Source of the DNA: an uncultured delta proteobacterium
GTDB taxonomy: Bacteria; Desulfobacterota; Binatia; UBA9968
Direction: 5' to 3'
Assembly: GCA_963755715.1 (NCBI GenBank)
Contig: CAVWLW010000032.1
Location: forward strand, 64,001-128,000
DNA length: 64,000 bases
The notes beneath the pieces were generated by a model that did no database searches, had not been told where the DNA came from, and was given only the letters and a program-made list of their open reading frames with translations. A program made the translations under genes and the position numbers. Shown piece by piece: positions 1 to 10,175 of the stretch. Every line of letters starts with the position of its first letter. Positions within the stretch are counted from its first letter, which is position 1.

Positions 1-550
1 GCGATCCGTCTCATGCGACTCCTGTGGACGGAAGAAAATATCACGTTTGAAGGAAAATTTTATTCCGTGCAAAACGTCACGATTATGCCACGACCGTGGC
101 AGAAAAACGGTCTGCCGATCTGGATCGGCGGGCGGAGTCAAGCGGCGCTGCGCCGCACCGGGCGTTTAGGCGACGGCTGGCTAGTCTCTTCGGTGTCGCC
201 GGTGGAAGTCGAAGCGGGGATCAAGACGATTCGAGAACACGCCGCGGCAGCTGGACGTGAAGTTCCGGAAGATCATTATGGGGTTTTGATTCCGTTTTAC
301 TTCGCGGCGAGCGCGGAAAAAGCTTTGGAGCTTGGCGGACAGTCCGTGCGCCCGCGCGCCGACATGCCGATAGCGCGAATTCACCGCCTTTGGAAATTCC
401 GATCAGGTGCGTGCAAAAGTCCAAGCCTATATCACCGCGGGTGCAACAAAATTCGTCATGCGTCCATGCGGACCGTTCGAAGCCTGGCGCGAGCAGATAG
501 AAATGCTCGCGCGTGAGGTGATTCGGCCGCTGCAGACATCGGCTGAGTGA
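1..550 (+). CDS. LLM-class flavin-dependent oxidoreductase, 5'-truncated by the window, with an apparent frameshift near 375
   Basis: Luciferase-like motifs FEGKFY...PRP...PIWIGGRSQAALRRTGRLGDGW. After ~375 another frame gives the typical C-terminus EFTAFGNSDQVRAKVQAYITAGATKFVMRP...EMLAREVIRPLQTSAE*, stop at 548-550. Confidence 0.8.
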
Positions 551-618
551 AGTACTCGCCAACATTTCACCGACCAATCGCCGAGCTGCGGATGTAGTAT
601 CAGGCACGCGGAGTTCGC

Positions 619-650
619 CTGGATTCCCGCTAAAAGCATGCAGGAATGAC
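619..650. repeat. REP-like palindromic element (CTGGATTCCCGC...GCAGGAATGAC)
   Basis: Imperfect inverted repeat resembling the widespread GTCATTCCCGC...GCGGGAATCCAG dispersed repeats; lies between convergent genes. Confidence 0.5.
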
Positions 651-688
651 GGACCCCAAACGCACTAGTAGATTTCTTGGCAAGGCTC

Positions 689-1687
689 TCAGGCAGAGGT
701 TGACTTGGTCACCAGCACTGCCGCGCCGTGAATCTTTCCAGCGCGCAAGCGATTCAACGCTTCGTTCGCTTCTTCCAGCGGAAATGTTTCTATTTCGGTG
801 CGCACGGGAATTTTGGGCGCTAGCGCCATGAACTCTTCGCCGTCGCGGCGGGTGAGATTGGCGACGGAGCAGATCGAGCGTTCTTCCCAGAGAATTGAGT
901 ACGGAAAAGACGGGATGTCGGTCATGTGGATGCCGCCGCAGACGACGGTGCCGCCTTTGCCGACGGCTTTAAGAGCTTGCGGCACGAGCTCGCCTACCGG
1001 CGCAAAGATGATAGCCGCATCAAGTTTTTTCGGCGGCAGTTCGTTCGAGCCGCCGGCCCAAACCGCACCGAGATCGAGAGCGAATTTTTTTGCTTCTTCG
1101 TCTGTGGGCCGGGTGAAAGCATAGATTTCCCGCTGTTGATACTTTGCCACTTGCGCGACGATGTGCGCGGCAGCGCCGAAGCCGTAAATGCCGAGCCGCT
1201 TGCCGTTCCCTGCTTTAACCAAACTTCGGTATCCGATCAGACCCGCGCACAAAAGTGGCGCGGCTTCCGTATCGCTATAGAAATCTGAGATCGGAAAACA
1301 GAAGCGCTGATCGGCGACAGTACATTCGGCATAGCCGCCGTCGAGCGTGTAGCCGGTGAACTTCGCCTGGTCGCAGAGATTTTCTTGCCCGCTCCGACAG
1401 TAGGCACATTGGCCACATGTCCAACCCAGCCACGGCACGCCGACGCGGTCGCCGATTTTAAAGCGAGTCACCGCGTCACCCAAATCGGCAATGGTGCCGA
1501 CGATTTCATGGCCGGGCACAAGCGGCAATTTAGGCTGTGTCAATTCGCCATCGACGACGTGAAGATCCGTCCGGCACACCGCGCACGCGTGAACGTGGAT
1601 CAAAACTTGGCCGGTGCCAGGCTTGGGGATTGGCAGATCCGCCAAATGCAGAGGTCGGCCGGCTTTTTCAAAGACCATGGCCCGCAT
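689..1687 (-). CDS. Zinc-dependent alcohol dehydrogenase (AdhP/CAD-like MDR family)
   Basis: CRTDLH, GHEIVG, structural Zn CGQCAYC...C, GIYGFGAAA nucleotide-binding motif; 332 aa. Confidence 0.93.
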   Translation of the reverse strand: MRAMVFEKAGRPLHLADLPIPKPGTGQVLIHVHACAVCRTDLHVVDGELTQPKLPLVPGHEIVGTIADLGDAVTRFKIGDRVGVPWLGWTCGQCAYCRSGQENLCDQAKFTGYTLDGGYAECTVADQRFCFPISDFYSDTEAAPLLCAGLIGYRSLVKAGNGKRLGIYGFGAAAHIVAQVAKYQQREIYAFTRPTDEEAKKFALDLGAVWAGGSNELPPKKLDAAIIFAPVGELVPQALKAVGKGGTVVCGGIHMTDIPSFPYSILWEERSICSVANLTRRDGEEFMALAPKIPVRTEIETFPLEEANEALNRLRAGKIHGAAVLVTKSTSA

Positions 1688-1830
1688 CAGTTAAATGTTT
1701 ATCGAAAGTGATTTCAGAAGCCAAATGGCGGAACGCGCCAATGCGCTTTTTCTTGCCGAATTCTCCTCCGTGTTATAGTGAGCGTCAATTTGCAGATACA
1801 AATCTAAGCGTGATCCAAAGGAGCGGCCAA

Positions 1831-2265
1831 GTGGGATACATCGAATCGAATCTGTTGCCCGATGAGAAAATCATCTACAAAGCTAGATTGCACTGGATCA
1901 TCTTTTGGAAATCGTGCGCGCTGGTAATTCTTGGAGGAATTTTTCTACTCATTCAACCGATCATCGGCGGCGTTGTCATCTTGATCGGATTTTTTGCTTT
2001 ACTTTTTCCGCTGATCGATTACGCAACATCAGAGTTCGGCGTCACCAATAAGAGGGTGATTATCAAAGTCGGGTTTCTGCGCCGAAAAACACTGGAGTTG
2101 TTGCTACGCCACGTGGAAGCGATATCGGTGGACCAAAGCGTGATGGGCAGGTTGCTAAATTACGGCTCCGTGACGCTCACGGGGACCGGCGGCGTGAGAG
2201 AAGTGTTTCATAATATTTCAAAGCCACTGGAGTTTCGCCGGCAGATCCAAGGGGGGGCGTCTTAA
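1831..2265 (+). CDS. Bacterial PH-domain (bPH_2) membrane protein
   Basis: GTG start after AAGGAG. YIESNLLPDEKIIYKARLHW, two hydrophobic helices, then FGVTNKRVIIKVG...VDQSVMGRLLNYGSVTLTGTGG. Confidence 0.85.
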   Translation: MGYIESNLLPDEKIIYKARLHWIIFWKSCALVILGGIFLLIQPIIGGVVILIGFFALLFPLIDYATSEFGVTNKRVIIKVGFLRRKTLELLLRHVEAISVDQSVMGRLLNYGSVTLTGTGGVREVFHNISKPLEFRRQIQGGAS

Positions 2266-2309
2266 GGTTCTATCGACAGGTCGAATCAGTTGGACCGATC
2301 GGCGCGGCG

Positions 2310-2620
2310 TCAATCCAAGTCGATATCTCTAATCGGCTTTGTGATGGGCTCTTCTTTGGCTTTCTTGAACAGCTCTTGAAATTTCGCTTCTAACACTTTC
2401 GACCTGTTCTTTTCCGCTTCGGCGATTTTCTGATATTTTTCATCGCGCCGGCCGGCTTCTTCATTGACCTGCTTTACCGCATCTTTCAGCGCCACCGCCA
2501 TTTGCGGTTTAACCGGCAATTTATGGTCAAGAACAACGCCGAGCACCGGATCGATTGTTAGTGCCGCATCGCAGCAGGGGCAAGTGATCTGGATTGCGTT
2601 ATTAGCTTTTCGTCTGGCAT
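2310..2620 (-). CDS. Small conserved hypothetical protein (N-terminal CPCC motif, coiled coil, C-terminal DIDLD); probable 1-nt homopolymer deletion near 2607
   Basis: GAGGAA RBS and ATG at 2620. One extra A in GAAAAG gives MPDEKANNAIQITCPCCDAALTIDPVLGVVLDHK..., continuous with ORF 2310..2546. Confidence 0.65.
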
Positions 2621-2679
2621 GACATCGTGAGTTCCTCTCGTTTGAAACATTCGGAGGGCGGGTTCAAGCCGCCGTTTCG

Positions 2680-3048
2680 TTATCCTCTCAACTCGATCTG
2701 CTCTCCATCCGGGCCGCCGAAGACGACCCGACGCCAACCGTTTTCTCTTGGTTCGCGCGCGGCGGTATCGTGTGGGGCGCGGACCAATTTGACTCCATCC
2801 CTTTGAAGCTTTTCGATAGTCCCAGTAAAATCGTCGGTCTCAAGACAAAAGTGAAAACCCGACATGGTCTCGCCGGGATGATGGGTCAATTCGAGCACCG
2901 TATCGCCCAGTTTTAGGTAAGCAATCTGCAAGCCGCCGCCGGCGACCTGCTGGAAGTAGTGGCTAAAGCCGAAATGATGCTCGTAAAATTTTACCGAGCG
3001 ATCCAGGTCTGACACGTGGATCGCGACATGATCGATGCGTTTGAACAT
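2680..3048 (-). CDS. VOC/glyoxalase family protein
   Basis: MFKRIDHVAIHVSDLDRSVKFY...LEL...HFCL...GPDGEQIEL metal-binding VOC pattern; GGAG RBS. Confidence 0.9.
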   Translation of the reverse strand: MFKRIDHVAIHVSDLDRSVKFYEHHFGFSHYFQQVAGGGLQIAYLKLGDTVLELTHHPGETMSGFHFCLETDDFTGTIEKLQRDGVKLVRAPHDTAAREPRENGWRRVVFGGPDGEQIELRG

Positions 3049-3164
3049 AACTGCTTCTCCAACTAAAAGGATAGGCTTTTCCCAGGTCAGTTTGCAAGCT
3101 TGGCTCGACGGTGTGCAAATCATGCGCAGAGCGCTAAAATAGCGGCGCGACAAATTTAATAGTT

Positions 3165-3851
3165 ATGCCTATTTTTCGACTTGTCGAGGACACGGTTTTT
3201 CCACCGCCGGATTACGCTGATCCGAGCGGTTTGATCGCCATTGGCGGCGACCTTTCCAGTGAGCGCTTACTGGAAGCTTACCGGGTTGGTATTTTTCCGT
3301 GGTATTCGGAGGATCAGCCGCTGCTCTGGTGGTCGCCCGACCCGCGTTTTGTCCTCGAACTCGACAATTTTAAAATATCGCGCAGCTTGCAAAAGACGCT
3401 GCGAAGAGGAGTTTTTCACGTGACCTTCGACCGGGTGTTTGAGGATGTGATCGCGGCTTGCTCCGTTGTGGCCCGGGAAGGGCAAAGCGGCACTTGGATC
3501 ACGCCGGAGATGCAGCAAGCTTATATTCACTTGCACGGGCTGGGTTTTGCTCATTCGGTAGAATCCTGGTTCGAGGGTGAGCTCGTCGGCGGGCTTTACG
3601 GCGTGTCCTTGGGCAAGGCGTTTTTCGGCGAGTCGATGTTTCACCGTAAAACCGACGCGTCGAAAGTCGCGCTGGCGATCTTGGTGGAGAAACTCAAGGT
3701 CTGGGGGTTTCACTTTGTCGACTCGCAGATGACGACGGATCATATGTATCGGCTCGGCGCCAGAGAAATTTCGCGGCGGATTTTTTTGAAAAAACTGCAA
3801 TCGGCGCTGCGCCATTCGACCAAGCGCGGCAAGTGGCACGTGGAAGATTGA
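3165..3851 (+). CDS. aat: Leucyl/phenylalanyl-tRNA--protein transferase
   Basis: GLIAIGGDLSSERLLEAYRVGIFPW, WWSPDPR, TWIT, AHSVE, GGLYGV, FFGESMF, DASKVAL. Confidence 0.97.
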   Translation: MPIFRLVEDTVFPPPDYADPSGLIAIGGDLSSERLLEAYRVGIFPWYSEDQPLLWWSPDPRFVLELDNFKISRSLQKTLRRGVFHVTFDRVFEDVIAACSVVAREGQSGTWITPEMQQAYIHLHGLGFAHSVESWFEGELVGGLYGVSLGKAFFGESMFHRKTDASKVALAILVEKLKVWGFHFVDSQMTTDHMYRLGAREISRRIFLKKLQSALRHSTKRGKWHVED

Positions 3852-3859
3852 AACGAGGT

Positions 3860-4411
3860 TTACGAATTTGTTTTGCTAGGGAGCGGCGCTTGCTCCACCG
3901 TGCGAACCAGAGCTTCGAGAGATTTTTCAGACGGAAATTCCAACACTAAAAGCGCGATGCTCAAAGCCGAGAGCCAATATTGATCTTGAACAAAGCGGCC
4001 AAGGATAGCCAACACCAAGCCATAGACCGCGACTGCTTCGATGATTGCGAAAATCACAACTTTGCGGGTGACGTAAGTAGACACCACGTAGGCGGCGCGT
4101 TCTTCGATGCCGCCTTTGAATTCTTCCAAGGCGCGAAAGAGCTTGGTCGCGCGCGCGGCGCGCAGGATCGCCTCGGACGATAAATTTTGTTTGCGCCAGT
4201 AGGCGTAGTAACCGAGATCGACGACGGTGAGCAGCCAAAGCACGACTCTGGCCGTCTCAGCCAAAGAGCGATTGCTGCCGATGTTGGGATTGCCCAGCAC
4301 GTTGCGCGCGATCACGAGATAGATCGGGATCGAGATAACAAAGGCGCTCCACAAAATCACCGCAGCGCCGCGCTGATCGAGCAAAATTTTTCTAAACTCG
4401 GGTCGAATCAT
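3860..4411 (-). CDS. Hypothetical membrane protein (about 4 TM helices)
   Basis: 183-aa ORF with GAGG RBS and four hydrophobic segments; C-terminal AIIEAVAVYGLVL pattern. Confidence 0.7.
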   Translation of the reverse strand: MIRPEFRKILLDQRGAAVILWSAFVISIPIYLVIARNVLGNPNIGSNRSLAETARVVLWLLTVVDLGYYAYWRKQNLSSEAILRAARATKLFRALEEFKGGIEERAAYVVSTYVTRKVVIFAIIEAVAVYGLVLAILGRFVQDQYWLSALSIALLVLEFPSEKSLEALVRTVEQAPLPSKTNS

Positions 4412-4555
4412 GGGTTTCCCTCATCTGCGGTCTTAGCACAGCCGAACGCGCCCTGTCTTGCGAATGCGGAAAAATTCGTTGGCTAGCGCGATCGCCTTGT
4501 CGCCTCTGAGGCGCGGTGATATAGCCACGTTGAAAACTCACTTTTGGAGGACAAG

Positions 4556-6148
4556 ATGGCTGAGTTCGATATCGTCATCCACGGCGGCAGACTGATCGAC
4601 GGCACGGGTAATCCCTGGTTTTACGGCGACCTCGGGATCAAAGACGGCAAGATCGCGTCGATCGGCAAAATTAATCCGGAAGCTGGAGCGCGGGCTATCT
4701 CGGCTAAAGACTACGTCGTGACGCCCGGCTATATCGACATGCACACGCACAGCGACCAACCGATCGTCAACGACGGCAACGCCGAAAGCAAAGTGCGCCA
4801 GGGCGTGACGCTGGACATTATCGGCGAGAGCCAAACCGTGGCGCCGCTCGAGGGCGCGATCTTGGAAGAATACCGGGCCGAGCATCGCAAACGCAACGGC
4901 ATCGAAACCGACTGGGAAACTTTTACCGGCTACTTCAATACGGTGATGCGCGGCGGTATTTCGATCAACGTCGGTTCCGGTGTATCGCCACAACAGGTGA
5001 AACGCGTGGTTTGCGGTTTCGAAGAACGTCCGGCGAACGCCGCCGAGCAGGAGAAGATGAATCGGCTGGTGGCCCAAGCGATGGAAGAGGGCGCGCTCGG
5101 TCTTACTGCGGCTTGGCATGCCAAGGGACCGGAGAGTCCCGGTGAGGTCGTCGAGATGGCGAAAGTCGCCAAGCGCTACGGCGGTTACTACGGCGTACAC
5201 GTCGGCAGCGAAGGCTTCGATATTTTTGAAGAGTTGGCCAAGACCCTGCGCATCGCGCGCGAGTCGCAGATTCCGATCCACGTTTATCATTTAAAAATGC
5301 GCGCCAAAGCCAACTGGGGACGGGTGCGCGAAGTGGTCGAACAGATCGAAGAAGCGCGGCGCGAGGGTTTGGATATTACCGCCAATCAATATCCTTACAC
5401 GGCGATGCAACATCCGTGGCGCCGTCTGTTTCCGCGCTGGGTTCAAGACGGCCCGGTCGGCGAAACGATCTCGCAGTTCAAGAGTCCTTCGTTTCGCGAG
5501 CGCGTCATGAAAGATCCCGAGTTCAGCCAATATGTCGATGAACACGGCGGCTGGGAAGGTGTCGTGGCGGCGCGGTTGGATACCGCGGCCCTTAAGAAGT
5601 TCGAGGGCATGACGATCGCCGAGATCGCCAAGATCCGCGAACAGGATCCGGTGAGCACGTGCTTCGATCTGATTTACGAAGAAGGCGCGTTCATTCACGG
5701 CGTGCATCACACGATGAACGAGGACGACGTGAAGGCGGTGATGCGCGTGCCTTGGGTTTCGATCGGCTCTGACGGCAGCGCGCTCAATCTAAAATATCCC
5801 GGCAAGCCGCACCCGCGCAGCTTCGGCACCAACCCGAGAGTGCTGGGTAAATATACGCGCGAGGAAAAAGTACTTACACTCGAAGACGCCGTGCGCAAGA
5901 TGACCTCGATGCCGGCGCAAGTCCTCGGGCTCAAAGATCGCGGTCTGTTGCGCGAGGGATATTGGGGAGACGTGGTGGTGTTCGATCCGGATCGGGTCGC
6001 CGATATGGCGACCTACGAGAATCCCAAGCAGTATCCCAAAGGAATCGATTACGTATTGGTCAACGGCTCTGTGGTGATCGACAACGGCCAGCACACCGGC
6101 GCGCGGCCGGGCAAAGTCGTATATGGGCCGGGATATGTGGGAAAATGA
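4556..6148 (+). CDS. N-acyl-D-amino-acid deacylase (D-aminoacylase) family amidohydrolase
   Basis: FDIVIHGGRLIDGTG, PGYIDMHTHSD, QGVT, IGSDG, PHPRSFGTNPRVL, LEDAVRKMTSMPA; GGAGG RBS. Confidence 0.93.
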   Translation: MAEFDIVIHGGRLIDGTGNPWFYGDLGIKDGKIASIGKINPEAGARAISAKDYVVTPGYIDMHTHSDQPIVNDGNAESKVRQGVTLDIIGESQTVAPLEGAILEEYRAEHRKRNGIETDWETFTGYFNTVMRGGISINVGSGVSPQQVKRVVCGFEERPANAAEQEKMNRLVAQAMEEGALGLTAAWHAKGPESPGEVVEMAKVAKRYGGYYGVHVGSEGFDIFEELAKTLRIARESQIPIHVYHLKMRAKANWGRVREVVEQIEEARREGLDITANQYPYTAMQHPWRRLFPRWVQDGPVGETISQFKSPSFRERVMKDPEFSQYVDEHGGWEGVVAARLDTAALKKFEGMTIAEIAKIREQDPVSTCFDLIYEEGAFIHGVHHTMNEDDVKAVMRVPWVSIGSDGSALNLKYPGKPHPRSFGTNPRVLGKYTREEKVLTLEDAVRKMTSMPAQVLGLKDRGLLREGYWGDVVVFDPDRVADMATYENPKQYPKGIDYVLVNGSVVIDNGQHTGARPGKVVYGPGYVGK

Positions 6149-6287
6149 AAAACTGAAAAGGTAACAGTAAAAATTAGCATTGACTTGGAACAAATCGACC
6201 GCGACTTGAGGAGACGAAGTCTTTGATCCCGGGCGCTGTTTCGGATAGCGTTCCCGCGAACTCAATTCCCTACAAGGAGGCAACCGT

Positions 6288-7206
<919 letters not shown>

Positions 7207-7224
7207 AGCTGGTTAGTCGGTCCA

Positions 7225-7267
7225 TCATTGCGAGCGACGCCACTTGGGCGCGCTCGCTCTGATGACA
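7225..7267. repeat. REP-like palindrome (TCATTGCGAGCG...CGCTCGCTCTGATGACA) between convergent genes
   Basis: Imperfect inverted repeat GCGAGCG/CGCTCGC; may act as a bidirectional terminator. Confidence 0.45.
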
Positions 7268-7321
7268 CCGGAACGGACTCGTCGGCGCTGTAACAGGCGG
7301 TACGCACCGCGCATCGGCTTT

Positions 7322-8153
7322 TTAACTCTGCAGATTTTTCTTAAAAAATTCTAAAGTCCGGCCCCAGGCCTCTTTCGCCGCGTCTTCCCTATAACTCTGT
7401 GGGCTCGTGTCCGAATTGAATGAATGCGGCGCGCCGGGATAGATTTTGTACTCGAAAGATTTACCGTACTTTTTCATCGCCTCTTCCAGTTGCGGCACGG
7501 CCGAGGTGATCGGCTCATCTGCCCCACCATATTGGCCCAAAACCGGCGCCGTAATGTTTTTAACATCTTCAAGGTTCCGTGGATTGCTGCCGTAGTATAT
7601 CACGGACGCCGCCAAGTCTTTGCTCCGCGTCGTAAAGAGCAGAGCTTTACCCCCGCCCCAACAGAAACCAATCACACCGATCTTGTTAGCGCCGACAAAA
7701 CTTTGGCCTTTTAAATAATTGATTCCGCCGGTGAGATCTTTGGTGAGCGTGTCATCGTCCAATTTTCTACCCGCCGCGATGGCCGCTTCGCTACTTGCAA
7801 ACGAACTCGTTCCTCCCTGGCGCGACAAAAGGTCAGGCGCCAGCGCCACGTAACCGGCTTTGGCAAGCCTTCGCGCCACGTCCCGAGTGTGATCACTGAT
7901 CCCGTCCCAGGCATGAATTACCACTACGGCGGGACGCGCAACGTCCCCTTTGGGTCGGGTGATATAGCCGCCGATTGCGGTTCCATCGGTCGAGGCATAT
8001 TTGATCTCCGATGATGTCAATCCAGGATCGTTGGGATCCACCTGTGCGGCATGTGCGATCACCGGCGCCAGCGGATCGATCAGTAGCTTTCCCCGCCGCT
8101 AGACCCCCGGTAACCAGCACGCTCTTTTGGAGAAACTCCCGGCGCGTAACCAT
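7322..8153 (-). CDS. Dienelactone hydrolase family protein with Tat signal; frameshift near 8065-8080
   Basis: AGGAG RBS, MVTRREFLQKSVLVTGG; downstream frame VVVIHAWDG, GVIGFCWGGG, YPGAPHSFNSD. Confidence 0.85.
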
Positions 8154-8170
8154 GTCCCTACTCCTTGATG

Positions 8171-9049
8171 CTAACCTTGCAAATGTTTCTTGAAGAACTC
8201 TAACGTCCGGCCCCACGCATCCTTCGCCGCCTCTGGACGGTAACGGTCCTCCCGCACATCACTGTTAAACGCGTGCGGTGCGTCGGGGTAAATCTTATAG
8301 TCGTACGACTTGCCGTTTTTCTTCATCTCTTCCGCGAGCCTTGGCACTTGCGAAGAAATGGGTTTATCCAGCTCGCCATAGTTGCCCAAGACCGGCGCGG
8401 TAATATTTTTGACTGCATCGAGATCCTTTGGAATCGGCCCGTAGTATATAACCGTCGCCGCCAAATCTTTGCTCTGGGTGGTGAAAAGAAAAGTTTTACC
8501 GCCGCCCCAACAAAATCCGATAACTCCAATTTTGTTGGGCTGGACGAAACTTTGACTCTTGATATAGTTTTGCGCACCCATCAAGTCTTTCATGACGTTG
8601 TCGTCGCTGAGTTGGTTAATCGCTTTCGCGACCTCTTCTCGGCTCGCGAACGAACTAGTGCCGCCCACTCGCGAAACGACGTCCGGCACAATCGCAACGT
8701 AACCCGCTTTAGCCAATCTCCGGCCGACGTCCCGATTATGGTCGTCAAGCGCCCAGTTGTCGCTGACCACGATCACTGCCGGTCGTCTGCCATCTCCCTT
8801 CGGACGGGTAACATAGGCGTTAATTGACGCCCCGTCGTCGGCGGCATATTTAACATCCGTCGATATCAGCGCCGGGTCGTTCGGATCCACTTGATTGGCG
8901 GCATGGACAGCAGTTGGACTCAGCGAATCGAGCAATGACGACGCAACAGCCATACTGCCCGTCCAGAGCATGGCCCGTCGTAGAAACTCTCGACGAGTGA
9001 TCGTTCCCGCTCGATAACTGTCCATCAAATATTTGAGATCTTCTAGCAT
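8171..9049 (-). CDS. Dienelactone hydrolase family protein with Tat motif
   Basis: TRREFLRR, GVIGFCWGGG, YPDAPHAFNSD; GGAGG RBS; clear paralog of 7322..8153. Confidence 0.93.
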   Translation of the reverse strand: MLEDLKYLMDSYRAGTITRREFLRRAMLWTGSMAVASSLLDSLSPTAVHAANQVDPNDPALISTDVKYAADDGASINAYVTRPKGDGRRPAVIVVSDNWALDDHNRDVGRRLAKAGYVAIVPDVVSRVGGTSSFASREEVAKAINQLSDDNVMKDLMGAQNYIKSQSFVQPNKIGVIGFCWGGGKTFLFTTQSKDLAATVIYYGPIPKDLDAVKNITAPVLGNYGELDKPISSQVPRLAEEMKKNGKSYDYKIYPDAPHAFNSDVREDRYRPEAAKDAWGRTLEFFKKHLQG

Positions 9050-9075
9050 GTATTCCTCCTTGTGTTTTTTGCCTG

Positions 9076-9744
9076 CTATTTGATCATATCGATTTTGGTC
9101 AACGTCACTTGCTGCCCTACGCCGGGAGCATTGCCCAGATGATAAGCGGTATACTGCTCAAAATAAGTATTTTCAGACGACATCCCGTCTACAGGGATAA
9201 TAACTTGCAACCCCCGGAACGCAGCCTGACTGGCTGTATTGAGCACGGCACCGTGGGCAGCGGTTCCTACCACTACCACCGTCTTGATTCCCTTATCGTT
9301 TAGGATCTTTTCCAGATCGGTCTTAAAAAACTTATCGGCCGCCGATTTCACTATAGGTTCCCCCTCAAGCGGAGCCACGTCTTTGAGTATATCAGCCGGA
9401 GTGGCTGCCGTCGTGATGCTATGGACGACCAATACGCCTTTGTCTCTGGCGAGTTTCAACAAGGCTTGAACGTGAGGAACCGAAGTCAGACAACGCGGCC
9501 GCCTCTCGGTATTACAAGTCTGTTTTACAAAATCGAGAACCAGCAGGGCCGTCGTCTTAGGATCGAGCGTTACAGTCTTCAATTCGGGAGGTTTTGGCGC
9601 CTGCACTTTGGACCAATCATCGACAATCGTTTGCGCAGATGCTGGAATGGCGCCTTGATAGAAAAAAAAACCAACCACTATTGTAAGCGCATAAAAAACC
9701 GAGGTGAGAATTGAATGGCTTTTCCGAAAAGATATTTTTGCCAT
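9076..9744 (-). CDS. Secreted isochorismatase/cysteine-hydrolase-fold protein lacking the catalytic Cys
   Basis: Signal peptide ending ASA-Q; LDPKTTALLVLDF, DKFFKTDLEKIL, GIKTVVVVGTAAHGAV. Confidence 0.85.
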   Translation of the reverse strand: MAKISFRKSHSILTSVFYALTIVVGFFFYQGAIPASAQTIVDDWSKVQAPKPPELKTVTLDPKTTALLVLDFVKQTCNTERRPRCLTSVPHVQALLKLARDKGVLVVHSITTAATPADILKDVAPLEGEPIVKSAADKFFKTDLEKILNDKGIKTVVVVGTAAHGAVLNTASQAAFRGLQVIIPVDGMSSENTYFEQYTAYHLGNAPGVGQQVTLTKIDMIK

Positions 9745-10175
9745 AGGCTCCTCCAAATCAATAAATTATCGCCTGAGAAGCTGCGCAACTTATAACACCT
9801 CCCCCAGGCCCTCGCAAAAGTTCTCGTAAGGCAGTTAAACAATCCTCCGCTAAAAGCCGAGGAATTTAAACGTGGTCGGTTGGCAATCGACTATCTTGCT
9901 ATTTCGTTACTCCCGCCTTTTCGTCACCCCGGTGAAAACCAGGGTCCAGCCCATCCCCTAAGCCTGGGTACCGTTTCCCAATGGTATGAGGGACCCTCTC
10001 CGTCACTGAGCTGGCCAGAGTTTATCCGAGCGCCCTCGAAGGGGCTGCCATAAGCATAGCGTAATTTGCCCTCGACCCAAGTACGCCCTGATCTTTGTTT
10101 TAAAGCTTTTGATTCGTGCATAACGTTCAAGCCGTTAAAAAAAATCCAACGGCGCATTTATCGCCGCGACTTTAC

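Noticed and set aside
9905-9975. Guanidine-I (ykkC) riboswitch suggested by minus-strand ...GACGAAAAGGCGGGAG
   Set aside because: The conserved CUAGGGUUCCG and ACAAAAGCCCGGGAG elements are not matched; kept only as an unassigned structured region.
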